From Eledone cirrhosa (Eukaryota), in contig OZ024760.1 of the NCBI GenBank assembly GCA_964016885.1, forward strand, positions 12,896,001 through 12,960,000: a stretch of 64,000 nt of DNA, written 5' to 3'. Under the pieces are notes generated by a model, which had not been told where the DNA came from, ran no database searches, and saw only the letters and a list, made by a program, of their open reading frames with translations. Position numbers and translations under genes: made by a program. This document shows, one piece after another, positions 12,703 to 26,307 of this stretch. Within the stretch, counting starts at the first letter, position 1. Every line of letters starts with the position of its first letter.

Positions 12703-14339
12703 TTATATATATATAACGCTATTACGTGTTCCAGTCGACAGGTGGTGGTGATGTTTCTGGTGGCGATGGTGATGTGATGGTGATGGTGGTGATGATAGTG
12801 GTGGATGGCAAGAGGAGAAGCTTGTAATACGTGACACATGCTCTGAATGTCTTGCATCAATTCCACGGATATCTGAAACACACACCAACCGTAAGAAATA
12901 AGATGTCTGCTTTGTTTCACTGTGAAAAACTTGAAGACTTGTTCCACTCGACGGAGATCTGGTTATGTCTGAGAGAGACGAGTAAATCTTAATTTTCAAC
13001 CAAGCAGATAACTCTGGAAGATGATTAATCTGTGATTGGTTGAGGTGGTGGTGGGGTTATTCTGTGGCTGGCAAGGAATAATGATTATTAGATAGAGGGG
13101 GGGGGGGGTGTTGAGTGAAAGAGAGAAAGAAAGAGAATCGAAGATAGACGGAGAGAAATGGAGAGAGAGAGAGTCGAAGATAGATGGAGAGAGAGGGAGA
13201 GTCGAAGATATACGGAGAGAGAGAGAGAGAAAGCTAGACGGAGAGAGAGAGAGATACATAGACAGAAAGAGAGAGAAACATGACAGATTTAATGATGGGG
13301 TGAACGCTCATTCCAAAATAAAATAAAAAAGACTTATAAAAAAATTCTCCAAAGTTGAAATATCAGAAATATAAGAATTGTTCAGTTTTGTCGAAGCAGA
13401 AAAATAAATATTGCAGTTAAAATAGAAACCATATTTCTTTTTTATTTTTCAGATTTTTTTGTAGTTTATATGTTTTTTTTTCTTGATTTTTTTGTGTGTG
13501 TTTGTGTTGTGTTTTTTAGTTTCGTTTGTCTTTATTCTCATTCAAGATATTATTTGTTTTATATTTCCAAGAGACATATAACCCTCAACTTTCTCCGCAT
13601 AAACAGACACCCCCACCATTTCCAAGACATATCACCTTCCCCTACCCCCCATACACACGCACTTCCCCAACATATATACAAATATACATACATGCATACA
13701 TACATATATACAAATATACAAACATACATATGTATATATAAACAGATATATATATATATACAAATATACAAACATACATATATAGAAACATATATATAAA
13801 TATAGACACACATACATATATACACACATACAAACAAATATATATACATATTAACATATATATATATATACAAACATACATACAAATAGAACATACATAT
13901 GTGCAAACATATATATATAAATATATAAATATAATAGTAAATATATACAAACATATGATTATATACATATATAAATATAATAGAACACATACAAACATAC
14001 ATATACAAATATAATAGAACATATACAAACATACATATACATATATAAACATATATATACGTATATAGAAATAATAGAAAAAATAGAAAAAAAATATACA
14101 AACATATATATATATATACATATATCAATGTAATAGAAAATGTACAAAGATATATATACATATATAAATAAACATACATATATACAAACATATAGATACA
14201 TACACACACATATATACATATATATATATATATGATAGTATATATAGAATAAGGAAATATATCCTAAAACAAGGGTTATTCCTTCTTTATTCCTTTATAT
14301 TCACCTTTAATTTTAAAGACAATAGTAACTTAGCATTGT

Positions 14340-14940
14340 TGTCTTATATTATTGTTCTTTAAGTCTCAATCATTGATGTTAGTTAACTGGAAAGTTTGTT
14401 GAAATGAATATCAAGCCACTACCTGCAGCCTCAGATATTCAGGACGTATCGGAGGGTTCTTGCTGATCCCAGCAAGCATGCCCTTTGAAGCGTTCCAAAA
14501 AGCGGGGCGGGGCCAATTTTCTTTAACCATCCCTGGAAACTTTTTGAGATAGTACCTAGTGCGCCTATGACAATCGGGACCACTTTGACTTCATGGCAGT
14601 TCCAAATCCTTTTTACCTCCCACTTTAAGTCCTGGTATCGGTTAATTTTCTCCCTCTCCTTCTCTTGCACTCTCGTGTCGAATGGGCAGGCCACATCCAC
14701 AATCAGGCAGGATCTTTTTTCCTTGTCCAAAACCACCAGGTCAGGTCTATTGTGTTCCAGTTTCATGTCCGTCTGTATCCTAAAATCCCACAGCACCTTC
14801 ACCTGATCGTTTTCTATCACCAACTCTGGCTTATGCTCATACCACTTCTCAGAATGTGGTAAATTGTTTACTTTGCATAGGTGCCAGTGGATCACCCTGC
14901 CCATCACATCATGTCTCCACCCTTTATAGTGAATCTGGGC
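14340..14940 (-). mobile_element. 5'-truncated R4/Dong-clade non-LTR retrotransposon; intact restriction-like endonuclease (RLE) coding segment 14431-14940
   Basis: AQIHYKGWRHDVMGRVIHWHLC...KWYEHKP...VLWDFRIQTD...HNRPDLVV...IVDVACPFD...EKINRYQDL...VVPIVIGALG: RHD and PD-(D/E) motifs typical of R4/Dong; degenerate (TAA)n abuts the 5' end (14941-14988). Confidence 0.9.
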
Positions 14941-15147
14941 TTACTATTATTATTGCTATTATTTTTATTATTATGATTATTATTATTTTTGTGTTGTTTG
15001 TTGTTGTTGTTGGTGGTGGTGATTTTTGTTACAGTTTGAAGATTAGGGTCGGTGTCATTTTGTTTTTTTGTGTGTTGTTTTGGGCGTTTGCTCGTTTTAT
15101 TTTGGCCCCCCGCCCCCTCTCTCTCTCTCTGTATATATGTGTGTGTG

Positions 15148-15188
<41 letters not shown>

Positions 15189-15889
15189 AATATATATATG
15201 TATATATATATGTATCTATGTATTTATGTAGGGATGTATATATGTATGTACGTACGGATGTATATATGTATGTACGTACGGATGTATATATATATGTACG
15301 CATGTATACTATATTTCTGTCAAAGCCGTGAAAAAAAATAAAAAAAATATATATTTGCTCGGAGAAAACATTGTCAAAGTTTGGCTAAAGAAATATATCG
15401 GAAAAAAATAATATTGATTGGAGATAATCTCATTTAGGAGGTCTTTCTTTCCCCTTTTAAATAAAAGCTAACCATATGTTTTAATAGAATAATCTACAAC
15501 TCCGCTTCTATTTACTTCCAAGAATATTTCAAATGTCGTAGCGCCGTTAATAGCCGTCTGACGCATTTAAAAATAACATTTGGTTTTCAGCTGTAATTTC
15601 TTGTTGTTTAATTGCTCCAGTATTCTGTCTCCGCCATTCGGTGTTTTCTCAGTTCGAATTTTCTCCATGTTAACTTTGCCTGTTATCCATTTGTCTGTAT
15701 ATTTATCAATCTATCTCTATCTCTCTATATATATAAATTCTCTCTACTTACCTATCTGTCTGTCTGTCGATTCTCTTTATTGGTAAATGGTTCTTTAAAG
15801 AAACCTTTGTGAAAGAGACGAAATTCCGTCGTACCATTCTGTAGCAAGTTCTGTGGGAATAGGGCCACCTATGAGATGTTGCTATAGAC

Positions 15890-16073
15890 CAGTGGTTTCC
15901 AAAGTGGATTCCGCAGAACCCTTGATTTCGGCAAAGGACTGTCTAGGGTTCCGTTAAAAAAGGTAGAGGAGTATATTTATATTACAACCCTATAACAGTA
16001 TTAGAGTTTGGAGTTCCCCCCCAAATTTTCTGAACCAAACAGACACCGCGTTTGAAAAGTTTGGTAAACCCTG
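15890..16073. mobile_element. hAT (Charlie-like) MITE, ~184 bp
   Basis: Imperfect TIRs CAGTGGTTTCCAAA / TTTGGTAAACCCTG; 8 bp flanks CTATAGAC / CTATGGAA (6/8 match, TSD-like). Confidence 0.7.
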
Positions 16074-16288
16074 CTATGGAATAAATAATATAGAAGAGAC
16101 ATTTTTCAGTGAGATCCTATCTCTGGCAAATCATTCACCACACGGTGTTCACTACACAAGGAAATCAAGGCGGTGTAGTGCGTATATAAGTTCTCTCTGT
16201 TAACTGGACATCAGACACAAGCCTTGAGATATTTAATTCCCAATGTTAGAAGTTAGATAAGACAAAACTGTACGCCACCTCAGCCCCC

Positions 16289-16337
<49 letters not shown>

Positions 16338-16360
16338 TGCCTGTGTGTGTATATATATAT

Positions 16361-16500
16361 AAGAGTCTTACATCAGGAATTGATAGATACGTCAGTTAAA
16401 GAAGGTACTCAATACATTAAGTAGTGTGTATATAATTTATTTAAGATTGAGTTGACAGAGATCAACACAATTAGTACCGTTTCTTTCGATTGAAATTATC
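16361..16500 (-). mobile_element. Further Penelope-like terminal fragment (degenerate)
   Basis: Carries the shared GTACTCAATAC motif and abuts (TA)n, like families B and C. Confidence 0.35.
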
Positions 16501-16572
16501 ACAATAATAATAATAATATATAGTCTGTGTGTGTGCGTATACATGTCTGCCTATCTGTCCCCCCCTCTCTCA

Positions 16573-17350
16573 CTATATATATATATATATACATATATAT
16601 ATAATAATTTATATATATATATACATATATATATATACATATATATATATACATATATATATATACATATATATATAATAATTTATATATATATATACAT
16701 ATATATATATACATATATATATATACATATATATATATAATAATTTATATATATATATACATATATATATATACATATATATATATACATATATATATAT
16801 AATAATTTATATATATATATACATATATATATATACATATATACATATATATATATAATAATTTATATATATATATACATATATATACATATATATATAT
16901 AATAATTTATATATATATATACATATATATATATATACATATATATATATACATATATAATAATTTATATATATATATACATATATATACATATATATAT
17001 ATAATAATTTATATATATATATACATATATATATATATACATATATATATATACATATATATATATAATAATTTATATATATATATACATATATATACAT
17101 ATATATATATACATATATATATATAATAATTTATATATATATATACATATATATATATATACATATATATATACATATATATATATATACATATATATAT
17201 ACATATATACATATATATATACATATATACATATATATATACATATATATATACATATATATATATACATATATATATATACATATATATATATACATAT
17301 ATATATACATATATATATATACATATATATATATATACATATATATATAA
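16573..17350. repeat. (TA)n/TACA compound microsatellite with higher-order ATAATAATTT periodicity
   Basis: Direct inspection. Confidence 0.9.
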
Positions 17351-17509
17351 TAGTTTTTAAAAAATCTCAGCCTGGAGCCTATTATTGAAGTATTTACTGT
17401 GCTGTAGTCCAGACATTCTCCTGTTGAGTCCTAGCCGCCACCCCCACTATTGTCACCGCCTCCACCAACCGCACCACCCACGCCACCTCAACATCACCGC
17501 CGGTGGTAC

Positions 17510-17865
17510 TGGCAGTGGTGGTGGTGGAGGCGGCGTTGGCGGGAGTGTTGGAGGTGTTCGGTGGGAGGTACTGGTAGTGTTGGTGGAGGCGGCGTTGGCG
17601 GTGGTGGAGGTGGGGGTGTTGGTGGTGGCGGCGGTGGTGTTGGTGGCGGGTGGTGGTGGTGGTAGTGGGAGGAGGTGGAGGTGGTGGGGGTGGTGGTGGT
17701 GTTGGTGGCGGTGGAGGAGGTGGCGGTAGTGGAGGAGGTGGCGGTGGTGGTAGTGGAGGAGGTGGCGGTGGTGGTAGTGTTGGTGGCGGTGGTGGTGGAG
17801 GAGGTGGAGGTGGTAGTGGAGGAGGTGGTGGTGGTGGTAGTGGAGGAGGTGGAGGTGGTGTTGGT
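17510..17865. repeat. (GGT/GGA/GGC)n tract
   Basis: Direct inspection. Confidence 0.9.
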
Positions 17866-18074
17866 TTGATTTGTCCCGAAGCAAGATTTCTTCGATTGGA
17901 AGAAAAAAAAAAAAGGGAAATGATTTTAAAAAAAAAATATAGGAAATAATATAAAAAGTGAAATGAAAAAGATGGCCACTAAATAAATCATAGCATATCA
18001 CCCCCTCCCTCTATAGTTCCTCCCCCTCATCCTCCTCCTCCTCCATTATCACTGTCGTCATGAGGTCAGCTGAC

Positions 18075-18910
18075 ACCATCATCATGTTCACTATCATCAT
18101 CATCCTCATCATCATCCTTATCATCATCACCCATAGCCATCAACGCCATCATCATCATCATCATCATCATCACCCATTAGCCACTATCATCATCATCATC
18201 AACACCAACACCAGTGACACTATCAGCAGCAGCAGCATATTATCACCACCAGTAGCACCACCACCACCACTTCACCACCAGCACACCACCACCACCACCA
18301 GTACCACCACCACCACTAGCACCACCACCACCACCAGTACCACCACCACCACCACCACCACCAGTACCACCACCAGTACCACCACCACTTCACCACCAGC
18401 ACACCACCACCACCACCACCACCACTTCACCACTACCACACCACCACTTCACCACCAGCACACCACCACCATCACCACCACCAGTAGCACCACCACCACC
18501 ACCACCACCAGTACCACCACCAGTACCACCACCACCACCACCACCACTTCACCACCACCACCACCACTTCACCACTACCACACCACCACCACCACTTCAC
18601 CACCAGCACACCACCACCATCACCACCACCAGTACCACCACCACCACCACCACCAGTACCACCACCAGTACCACCACCACCACCACCACCACCACTTCAC
18701 CACCAGCACACCACCACCACCACCACCACTAGCACACCACCACCATCACCACCACCAGTACCACCACCACCACCACCACCACCAGTACCACCACCAGTAC
18801 CACCACCACCACCACCACCACCACTTCACCACCAGCACCACCACCACCACCACTTCACCACTACCACACCACCACCACCACTTCACCACCAGCACACCAC
18901 CACCACCACA
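18075..18910. repeat. (CAT)n then (ACC)n compound tract
   Basis: Direct inspection. Confidence 0.9.
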
Positions 18911-19253
18911 TTCTCACCTCAAGCTATTCACTTAATGAAGAAAAAAAATTCATTTTAATTACAATTATGAAATTATTTATTCCCGCCTCCTTTTATGTTG
19001 TTGTTGTTGCTGTTGCCGAAATATCTGCAGCAACAACAACAACAGCATCATCACCACCACCATCAACAGCAGCAGCAGTCTGTTAATATGGCGTCCAACA
19101 TCATCTTCATCACTATCACCATCATCATCACCACCACCACCACCATCACTATCATCACCACCACCACCACCATCACTACCATCATCACCATCAACATCAT
19201 CATTATCACCCCCACCATCATCATCCCACCACCATCATCAACACCATCACCAA

Positions 19254-19701
19254 GTTAACTTTGCCTTTCATCCTTACGGGGTCGATAAAATAAAGTACCA
19301 GTAATACACTGGGGTAATTGCTGGCCTTGTGCCAAAAGTACCAGTAATACACTGGGTTATTTACTGGCCTTGTGCCAAAAGTACCAGTAATACAGTGGGG
19401 TAATTGCTGGCCTTGTGCCAAAAGTACCAGTAATACACTGGGGTAATTGCTGGCCTTGTGCCAAAAGTACCAGTAATACACTGAGGTAATTACTGGCCTT
19501 GTGCCAAAAGTACCAGTAATACACTGGGGTAATTGCTGGCCTTGTGCCAAAAGTACCAGTAATACACTGGAGTAATTACTGGCATTGTGCCAAAAGTACC
19601 AGTAATACACTGGAGTAATTACTGGCCTTGTGCCAAAAGTACCAGTAATACACTGGGGTAATTACTGGCCTTGTGTCTTGTGCCTAAAGTAGAAACAATT
19701 A
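19254..19701 (+). repeat. SINE S1 3' half with internal ~43 bp minisatellite (~9 copies)
   Basis: Unit AAAAGTACCAGTAATACACTGGGGTAATTGCTGGCCTTGTGCC between SINE centre and SINE tail. Confidence 0.9.
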
Positions 19702-20266
19702 TTTCCAATGTAAAAATAAGTGATTTCTTCTAAATGAAATTGTTTATTGGTCAGGTTTTGCCACGAAATGTTCTCTGAGTCGGATTTACTGTTTCCATCT
19801 AATCTCCATTGATCTGGTATTGGGTGTCATCTTGGCTTTTACAACAGCTGTGTTGTTGCTCTATCATCTTACTTCTTCTCACTTCTTCTTCTCTCTTTCC
19901 CTCTCCCCCTCCCCCCCCTCTCTTTCCCCCTCTCTCTCCCCCTCTCTCTTTCTCTCTCTCTCTACATACATACATACATACCTGTATGTATGTGTGTGTT
20001 GCTTTGTATCATCTCACTTCTGTTCCCTTTCTCTCTTTCCCTCTCTCACCCCCCTCTCTCTCTTTCCCCCCTCTCTCCCTCTTTCTCTATCTTTCCCCCC
20101 CTCTCTCCCTCTTTCTCTCTCTACATACATACATACATACATACATACATACATACATACATGTATGTGTGTGTTGCTTTGTATCATGTCACCTCTTCAT
20201 CTCCTACCTTTCTCTTTCCCTTTCTTTCTCCCTCTCTCTCTCTCTATATATATAAATATATATATG

Positions 20267-20299
<33 letters not shown>

Positions 20300-20519
20300 T
20301 GCTTGTATCATGTCAAACATAAACCACAGCCCTTTCTTTCTTTCTCTTTCTGTCACCGCCTCTACCCCCCCCCCCCCTCTACCCCCCCCGGAACAAGGTT
20401 TATATAACCTTACATTGACAAATATTGTGGACTTATTTATTAAGCTTGTTGCTCGAATGAAAGTTATTAAAATGTTGGCTTGTGGGTGTGTAAGGGGTGG
20501 CGAGGGAGACGGCAGGGGG

Positions 20520-22035
20520 TAGGGTGGTGGTGGTATTGACGTTGGTGTTGGTGGTGGTGGCGCTAGTGGTGGTATTGGTGGTGGTGGAGCTAGTGGTGCT
20601 AGTGGTGGTGGTGGAGCTAGTGGTGGTATTGGTGGTGGTGGGGCTAGTGGTGGTATTGGTGGTGGTGGTGGTGGGGCTAGTGGTGGTATTGGTGGTGGTG
20701 GTGGTGGGGCTAGTGGTGGTGGTGTTGGTAGTGGTGGTATTGGTGGTGAGGCTAGTGGTGGTATTGGTGGTGGTGGTGGTGGAGCTAGTGGTGGTATTGG
20801 TGGTGGTGGTGGTGGTGGTGGAGCTAGTGGTGGTATTGGTGGTGGTGGTGGTGGTGGTGGAGCTAGTGGTGGTATTGGTGGTGGTGGTGATGGTGCTAGT
20901 GGTGGTATTGGTGGTGGTGGTGGTGGGGCTAGTGGTGGTGGTGTTGGTAGTGGTGGTATTGGTGGTGGTGGTGGTGGGGCTAGTGGTGGTATGGTGGTGG
21001 TGGTGGTGGGGCTAGTGGTGGTGGTGTTGGTAGTGGTGGTATTGGTGGTGAGGCTAGTGGTGGTATTGGTGGTGGGGCTAGTGGTGGTATTGGTGGTGGT
21101 GGTGGTGGAGCTAGTGGTGGTATTGGTGGTGGGGCTAGTGGTGGTATTGGTGGTGGTGGTGGTGGAGCTAGTGGTGGTATTGGTGGTGGTGGTGGTGGTG
21201 GTGGAGCTAGTGGTGGTATTGGTGGTGGTGGTGATGGTGCTAGTGGTGGTATTGGTGGTGGTGGTGGTGGTGGGGCTAGTGGTGGTATTGGTGGTGGTGG
21301 GGCTAGTGGTGGTATTGGTGGTGGGGCTAGTGGTGGTGGTATTGGTGGTATTGGTGGTGGTGGTGGTGGTGGAGCTAGTGGTGGTATTGGTGGTGGTGGT
21401 GGTGGTGGAGCTAGTGGTGGTATTGGTGGTGGTGGTGGTGGTGGCGCTAGTGGTGGTATTGGTGGTGGTGGTGGTGGTGGAGCTAGTGGTGGTATTGGTG
21501 GTGGTGGTGGTGGTGGAGCTAGTGGTGGTATTGGTGGTGGTGGAGCTAGTGGTGGTATTGGTGGTGGTGGTGGTGGCGCTAGTGGTGGTATTGGTGGTGG
21601 TGGTGGTGCTAGTGGTGGTATTGGTGGTGGTGGTGGTGGCGCTAGTGGTGGTATTGGTGGTGGTGGTGAGGCTAGTGGTGGTATTGGTGGTGGTGGTATT
21701 GGTGGTGTTGGTGGGGCTAGTGGTGGTATTGGTGGTGGGGCTAGTGGTGGTATTGGTGGTGGGGCTAGTGGTGGTATTGGTAGTGGCGGAAGTTGTGGTG
21801 GTATTGGTGGTGGGGCTAATGGTGGTATTGGTGGTGGCAGTAGTTGTGGTGGTGCTAGTGGTGTTGTTGGGGGTGGGGATGGTTGTGGTGCTTGTGGAGG
21901 TGGTAGTGTTGTTGGGGGTGGGGATGGAAGTGGTGCCTGTGGTGGTAGTGGTGCTTGAGGTGGTAGTGGTGCTTGTGGTGGTGGCGGTGGTGGAGGTGGT
22001 AGTGTTGCTTGTGGTGGTGGATGTGGTGTTGGTGT
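20520..22035. repeat. 1.5 kb (GGT)n minisatellite punctuated by GCTAGTGGTGGTATT
   Basis: Direct inspection. Confidence 0.95.
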
Positions 22036-22466
22036 GGCAGCTCAGAAATTTATCTAATCACAACCAGAAAAGCGTGTAATGGCGAGTTTACTGCAGCAGA
22101 GTTCAGTTTTATAGTTACTAGGTAATATATGGTGGTATGTAGGACTGTAATATTGAGGGGGGATGGGAGAGGGGCGAGTGGGGGAGGTGAGAAGAAGAGA
22201 GAGAGAGAGGGTGGGAGAGAAACAGTGAGTAGGAGACAGAGAGAAGAGGGAGAAAAGAGAGGGGGTAGAGAGATACTGAAGGAAGGAGAAAGATAGAGAG
22301 AGAGAGAATAGGTGACAAAGAGAGAGAGAGAGAGAGAATAGGTGACAAAGAGAGAGAGAGAGAGAATGTGACAAAGAGAGAGAGAGAGATAGGGATAGAG
22401 AGAGAGGAGACAAAGAGCAAATGAGAGCGATAGCGATAGAGAAAGAGAGAGAGAAAGAGCCTAAAG

Positions 22467-22502
<36 letters not shown>

Positions 22503-22737
22503 AGAGCAAGCCTAGCTTTATCTAGGTACAACAATTGTCAACTTGTTGCTGTTACTGTTGTTGTTGTTGTTGCTGTTAATAAGAATTCCCTGTAGAGAGA
22601 AACGACTCTAAGATATAAACAATACTTCAGAGCACCCAGTCGGAATTAAAGAGATACAGAGTTCAATTCCTAGAAGCAACCAACTTCTTGTTACTTTGTC
22701 CCGTCTATAGGGGTATGTTACCCAATATTCTTGGCTA

Positions 22738-23092
22738 AGGTTAAATCCTGCTGAGGTTAGCTTTGCTTTTCAACCTTACGGGGGTCGATAAACTAAAGTA
22801 CCAGTAATACACTGGAGGTCGATAAACTAAAGTACCAGTAATACACTGGAGGTCGATAAAATAAAGTACCAAAAACACACTGGAGTCGATAAACTAAAGT
22901 ACCAGTAATACACTGGAGGTCGATAAAATAAAGTACCAAAAACACACTGGGGTCGATAAACTAAAGTACCAGTAATACACTGGAGGTCGATAAAATAAAG
23001 TACCAAAAACACACTGGGGTCGATAAACTAAAGTACCAGTAATACATTAGGTCGATTAATTGTTAGCCTTGTGCTTAAATTAGAAACCATTA
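22738..23092 (+). repeat. SINE S1 with internal 33/34 bp minisatellite (two alternating unit variants)
   Basis: GGTCGATAAACTAAAGTACCAGTAATACACTGGA alternating with GGTCGATAAAATAAAGTACCAAAAACACACTGG. Confidence 0.9.
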
Positions 23093-23204
23093 TTTAGAGC
23101 AATTTACTACAGTCACATTTATTTTCTGAATTAGAAATTTCTGCATTTTCTAAGAATTTCAATCTACTCAACGCTTCGATAGCATATAATATAACTCTGT
23201 GTGG

Positions 23205-23252
<48 letters not shown>

Positions 23253-23262
23253 GTGTGTGTGT

Positions 23263-23294
<32 letters not shown>

Positions 23295-23340
23295 TGTGTG
23301 TGTGTATATATATATATGTATATATATATATGTGTGTGTG

Positions 23341-23584
<244 letters not shown>

Positions 23585-23610
23585 TATAAATGTGTGTATT
23601 ATATATATAT

Positions 23611-23683
<73 letters not shown>

Positions 23684-23778
23684 ATGTGTGTGTGTATATA
23701 TATATATATATATAAATGTGTGTGTATATATATATATATACATATATACACAATATAAGTATATATATATACATAGAT

Positions 23779-23817
<39 letters not shown>

Positions 23818-23929
23818 GTATATATATATATATAGCTGTCATACGTACTCTTCTAGAACAAGCAGAGGAGGAAAATAATGATTGCTTCAGTGAAAGTAAG
23901 TAGTTAGAAGATGGTGAATGATGATGATG

Positions 23930-24262
23930 ATGATAGTGGTGAAGAAGAAGAAGAAGAAGCAGAAGAAGCAGAAGAAGGAAAAGAAGAAGAAGAAAAAGGA
24001 AAAGCAGAAGAAGAAGAAGAAGAAGGCGAAGAAGAAGAAGGCGAAGAAGAAGAAGGCGAAGAAGAAGAAGAAGAAGGCGAAGAAGGCGAGAAGCAGAAGA
24101 AGAAGAAGAAGAAGAGGAAGAAGCAGAAGAAGAAGCAGAAGAAGAAGAAGAAGAAGAAGAAGAAGAAGAAGAAGAAGAAGAAGAAGAAGAAGAAGAAGAA
24201 GAGGCAGAAGAAGAAGAAGAAGCAGAAGAAGAAGAAGAAGAAGAAGAAGAAGAGGAAGACGA
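23930..24262. repeat. (GAA)n polypurine tract with GCA/GGC interruptions
   Basis: Direct inspection. Confidence 0.95.
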
Positions 24263-24449
24263 AAGCAATTTGCATTAAGTACATTGTTAAATAGATATCA
24301 ATTTCCTAATGAAATGGATATTGAATATCGTTTAGTAGCTGCCATGTTACCTACATAACCTAGAAATAGATATAATTATATATTTTGTTAGTTTCATCTT
24401 TGCCTCATCTTCTTATACTGTTGATAATAGAGATGTATTGAATTCTGTT

Positions 24450-25212
24450 GGGTATGCAAGGACCCGTAACTCCTGAGAGAGTTATAAGGGTGTCGTGTTG
24501 ACATACGCTGTTTCTAGGGTAGGGTTTTCTTAGGGTTTTCTAGGGTATTTAAAAAAAAAAACATGGTATGGTATAGTCTATCTCCTCACCAGGTTTGAAT
24601 AGAGCATATTTCTCCCAGAGAAGGATAGAGAGAGAGACAGAGAGTGAGAGAATGGAAGTATGAGAATGGAAGTGAGAAAGAGATATAGAGGAAGAATCGT
24701 ACCCCAGTATTAGACTGGTACCTTTTCTTTTTATCGACAACGAATGGATGAAAGGCAAAGTTGACCTCGGCAAGATTTGAACTCGGACAAATTATGTGGT
24801 ATGGCGGCGTATCTCCTCCCGTACCTCCTTCCAGTGAAGAATTGAGAGAACGGGAGTGATAAAGAGATACAGAGAAAGAATGTTATTCCAGTACTAGACT
24901 GGTATGGGCCCGCAACTTCTGATAGAGTCGTGGAGGTGCCGTATTTTAAGCCTGATGGAGCCCATCCCTCTCACCATGCCTGAATACAGCAGATTTCTTC
25001 CAGAGAGAGAGAGAGGGGGGGGGGCGCATGAGAAAGAGATAGAGAGGAAGAATCTACCCCAGTATTAGACTGGTACTTTTTTTTTTATCGACCTCGAATG
25101 GATGAAAGGCAAAGTTGACCTCGGCGAAATTTGAACTCAGAGAGCAGAAAGCTGGAACGAATAACGAAAAGCTTTCTATCCGACATTCTAACAACTGGCG
25201 ATTCACCGCCTA
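24450..25212 (-). mobile_element. Two tandem copies of the long-tail SINE S1 subfamily
   Basis: S1 centre plus extended tail (...CCAGAGAGAG...GAGAAAGAGATAGAGAGGAAGAATC) shared with the 49.2-49.5 kb copy. Confidence 0.7.
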
Positions 25213-25560
25213 GCTGTTTCTAATAAAAGGTTTTAAGGAAGAATTAAAACAATATGAGGAACAAGGAAAAAGTGACTAAGTGACATTTTATGTCTAAATA
25301 TGCATACAGATTATAATATGTTGTTATATCTGCAAGGAGAAGTTGTAAAGAAGCGGAACAGTTAAATATAGAATGGCTTTAGACAGATAAGATCAGCTGG
25401 ATTGCAGACTGTGACTAACAAAATAATATATTTAATGTGAATAAAAATAAAATTTTATAAATATATAGACACATGTATGGTTGTGTAGTTAAGAAGTTCG
25501 CTTCGTAACGAAGTGAATGGAACTTTCTAGACGATTGACGAAACCTGTAGAGTCTCATCG

Positions 25561-25592
<32 letters not shown>

Positions 25593-25595
<3 letters not shown>

Positions 25596-25832
25596 GGAAC
25601 GAGTAGGACCCCGACGGCTGAGCTCAAGCCGTTTCGACGGCTAATTCTGGACTAAATGAAAATTTGTATCCTCCTAGTGGATAAACATTTTCATTTAGTC
25701 CAGAATTAGCCGTCGAAACGGCTTGAGCTCAGCCGTCGGGTCCTACTTGTTCCTATTACCCACTCTACTACCCTAAGTATTGAGTACTTTGATGCGTTAT
25801 GGTCCACCTGGTTCCTTACCACATTTCCTTCG

Positions 25833-25833
<1 letters not shown>
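25593..25833. mobile_element. Family B element: ~70 bp-arm palindrome (25593-25756) plus 3' tail
   Basis: ATAGGAACGAGTAGGACCCCGACGGCTGAGCTCAAGCCGTTTCGACGGCTAATTCTGGACTAAATGAAAAT mirrored by ATTTTCATTTAGTCCAGAATTAGCCGTCGAAACGGCTTGAGCTCAGCCGTCGGGTCCTACTTGTTCCTAT; (TA)n both sides. Confidence 0.7.
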
Positions 25834-25869
<36 letters not shown>

Positions 25870-25871
25870 TA

Positions 25872-26060
25872 TAGTAATAATAATAAATTTGAAGACTAAA
25901 ATCCAAAGAGGGCTCGATAAGGATAAATATATATCAAATATATAAGAACCGTAGAGCAAATATTTATTAAAATAACAGATTAAAGTTTAAGCAAAGAATC
26001 GCTGCTTTCAACCTTCATATTCTGAAACTAACAAAGCTTAAACTTTAATCTGTTGTTTTT
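25872..26060 (-). mobile_element. Family A element (reverse orientation) with short inverted piece
   Basis: Reverse complement of 12330-12468, followed by GCTTAAACTTTAATCTGTT. Confidence 0.7.
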
Positions 26061-26086
26061 ACATATATATACATATATATATATAC

Positions 26087-26205
<119 letters not shown>

Positions 26206-26262
26206 CATATATATATATACATATATATATACATATATATATATATATACATATATATATAC

Positions 26263-26304
<42 letters not shown>

Positions 26305-26307
<3 letters not shown>

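Noticed and set aside
20497-22079. Poly-Val / poly-Gly ORFs resembling a glycine-rich protein
   Set aside because: Pure (GGT)n minisatellite with frame slips and no supporting exon structure
23911-24358. Acidic/basic E- and K-rich ORFs
   Set aside because: Translations of a (GAA)n tract
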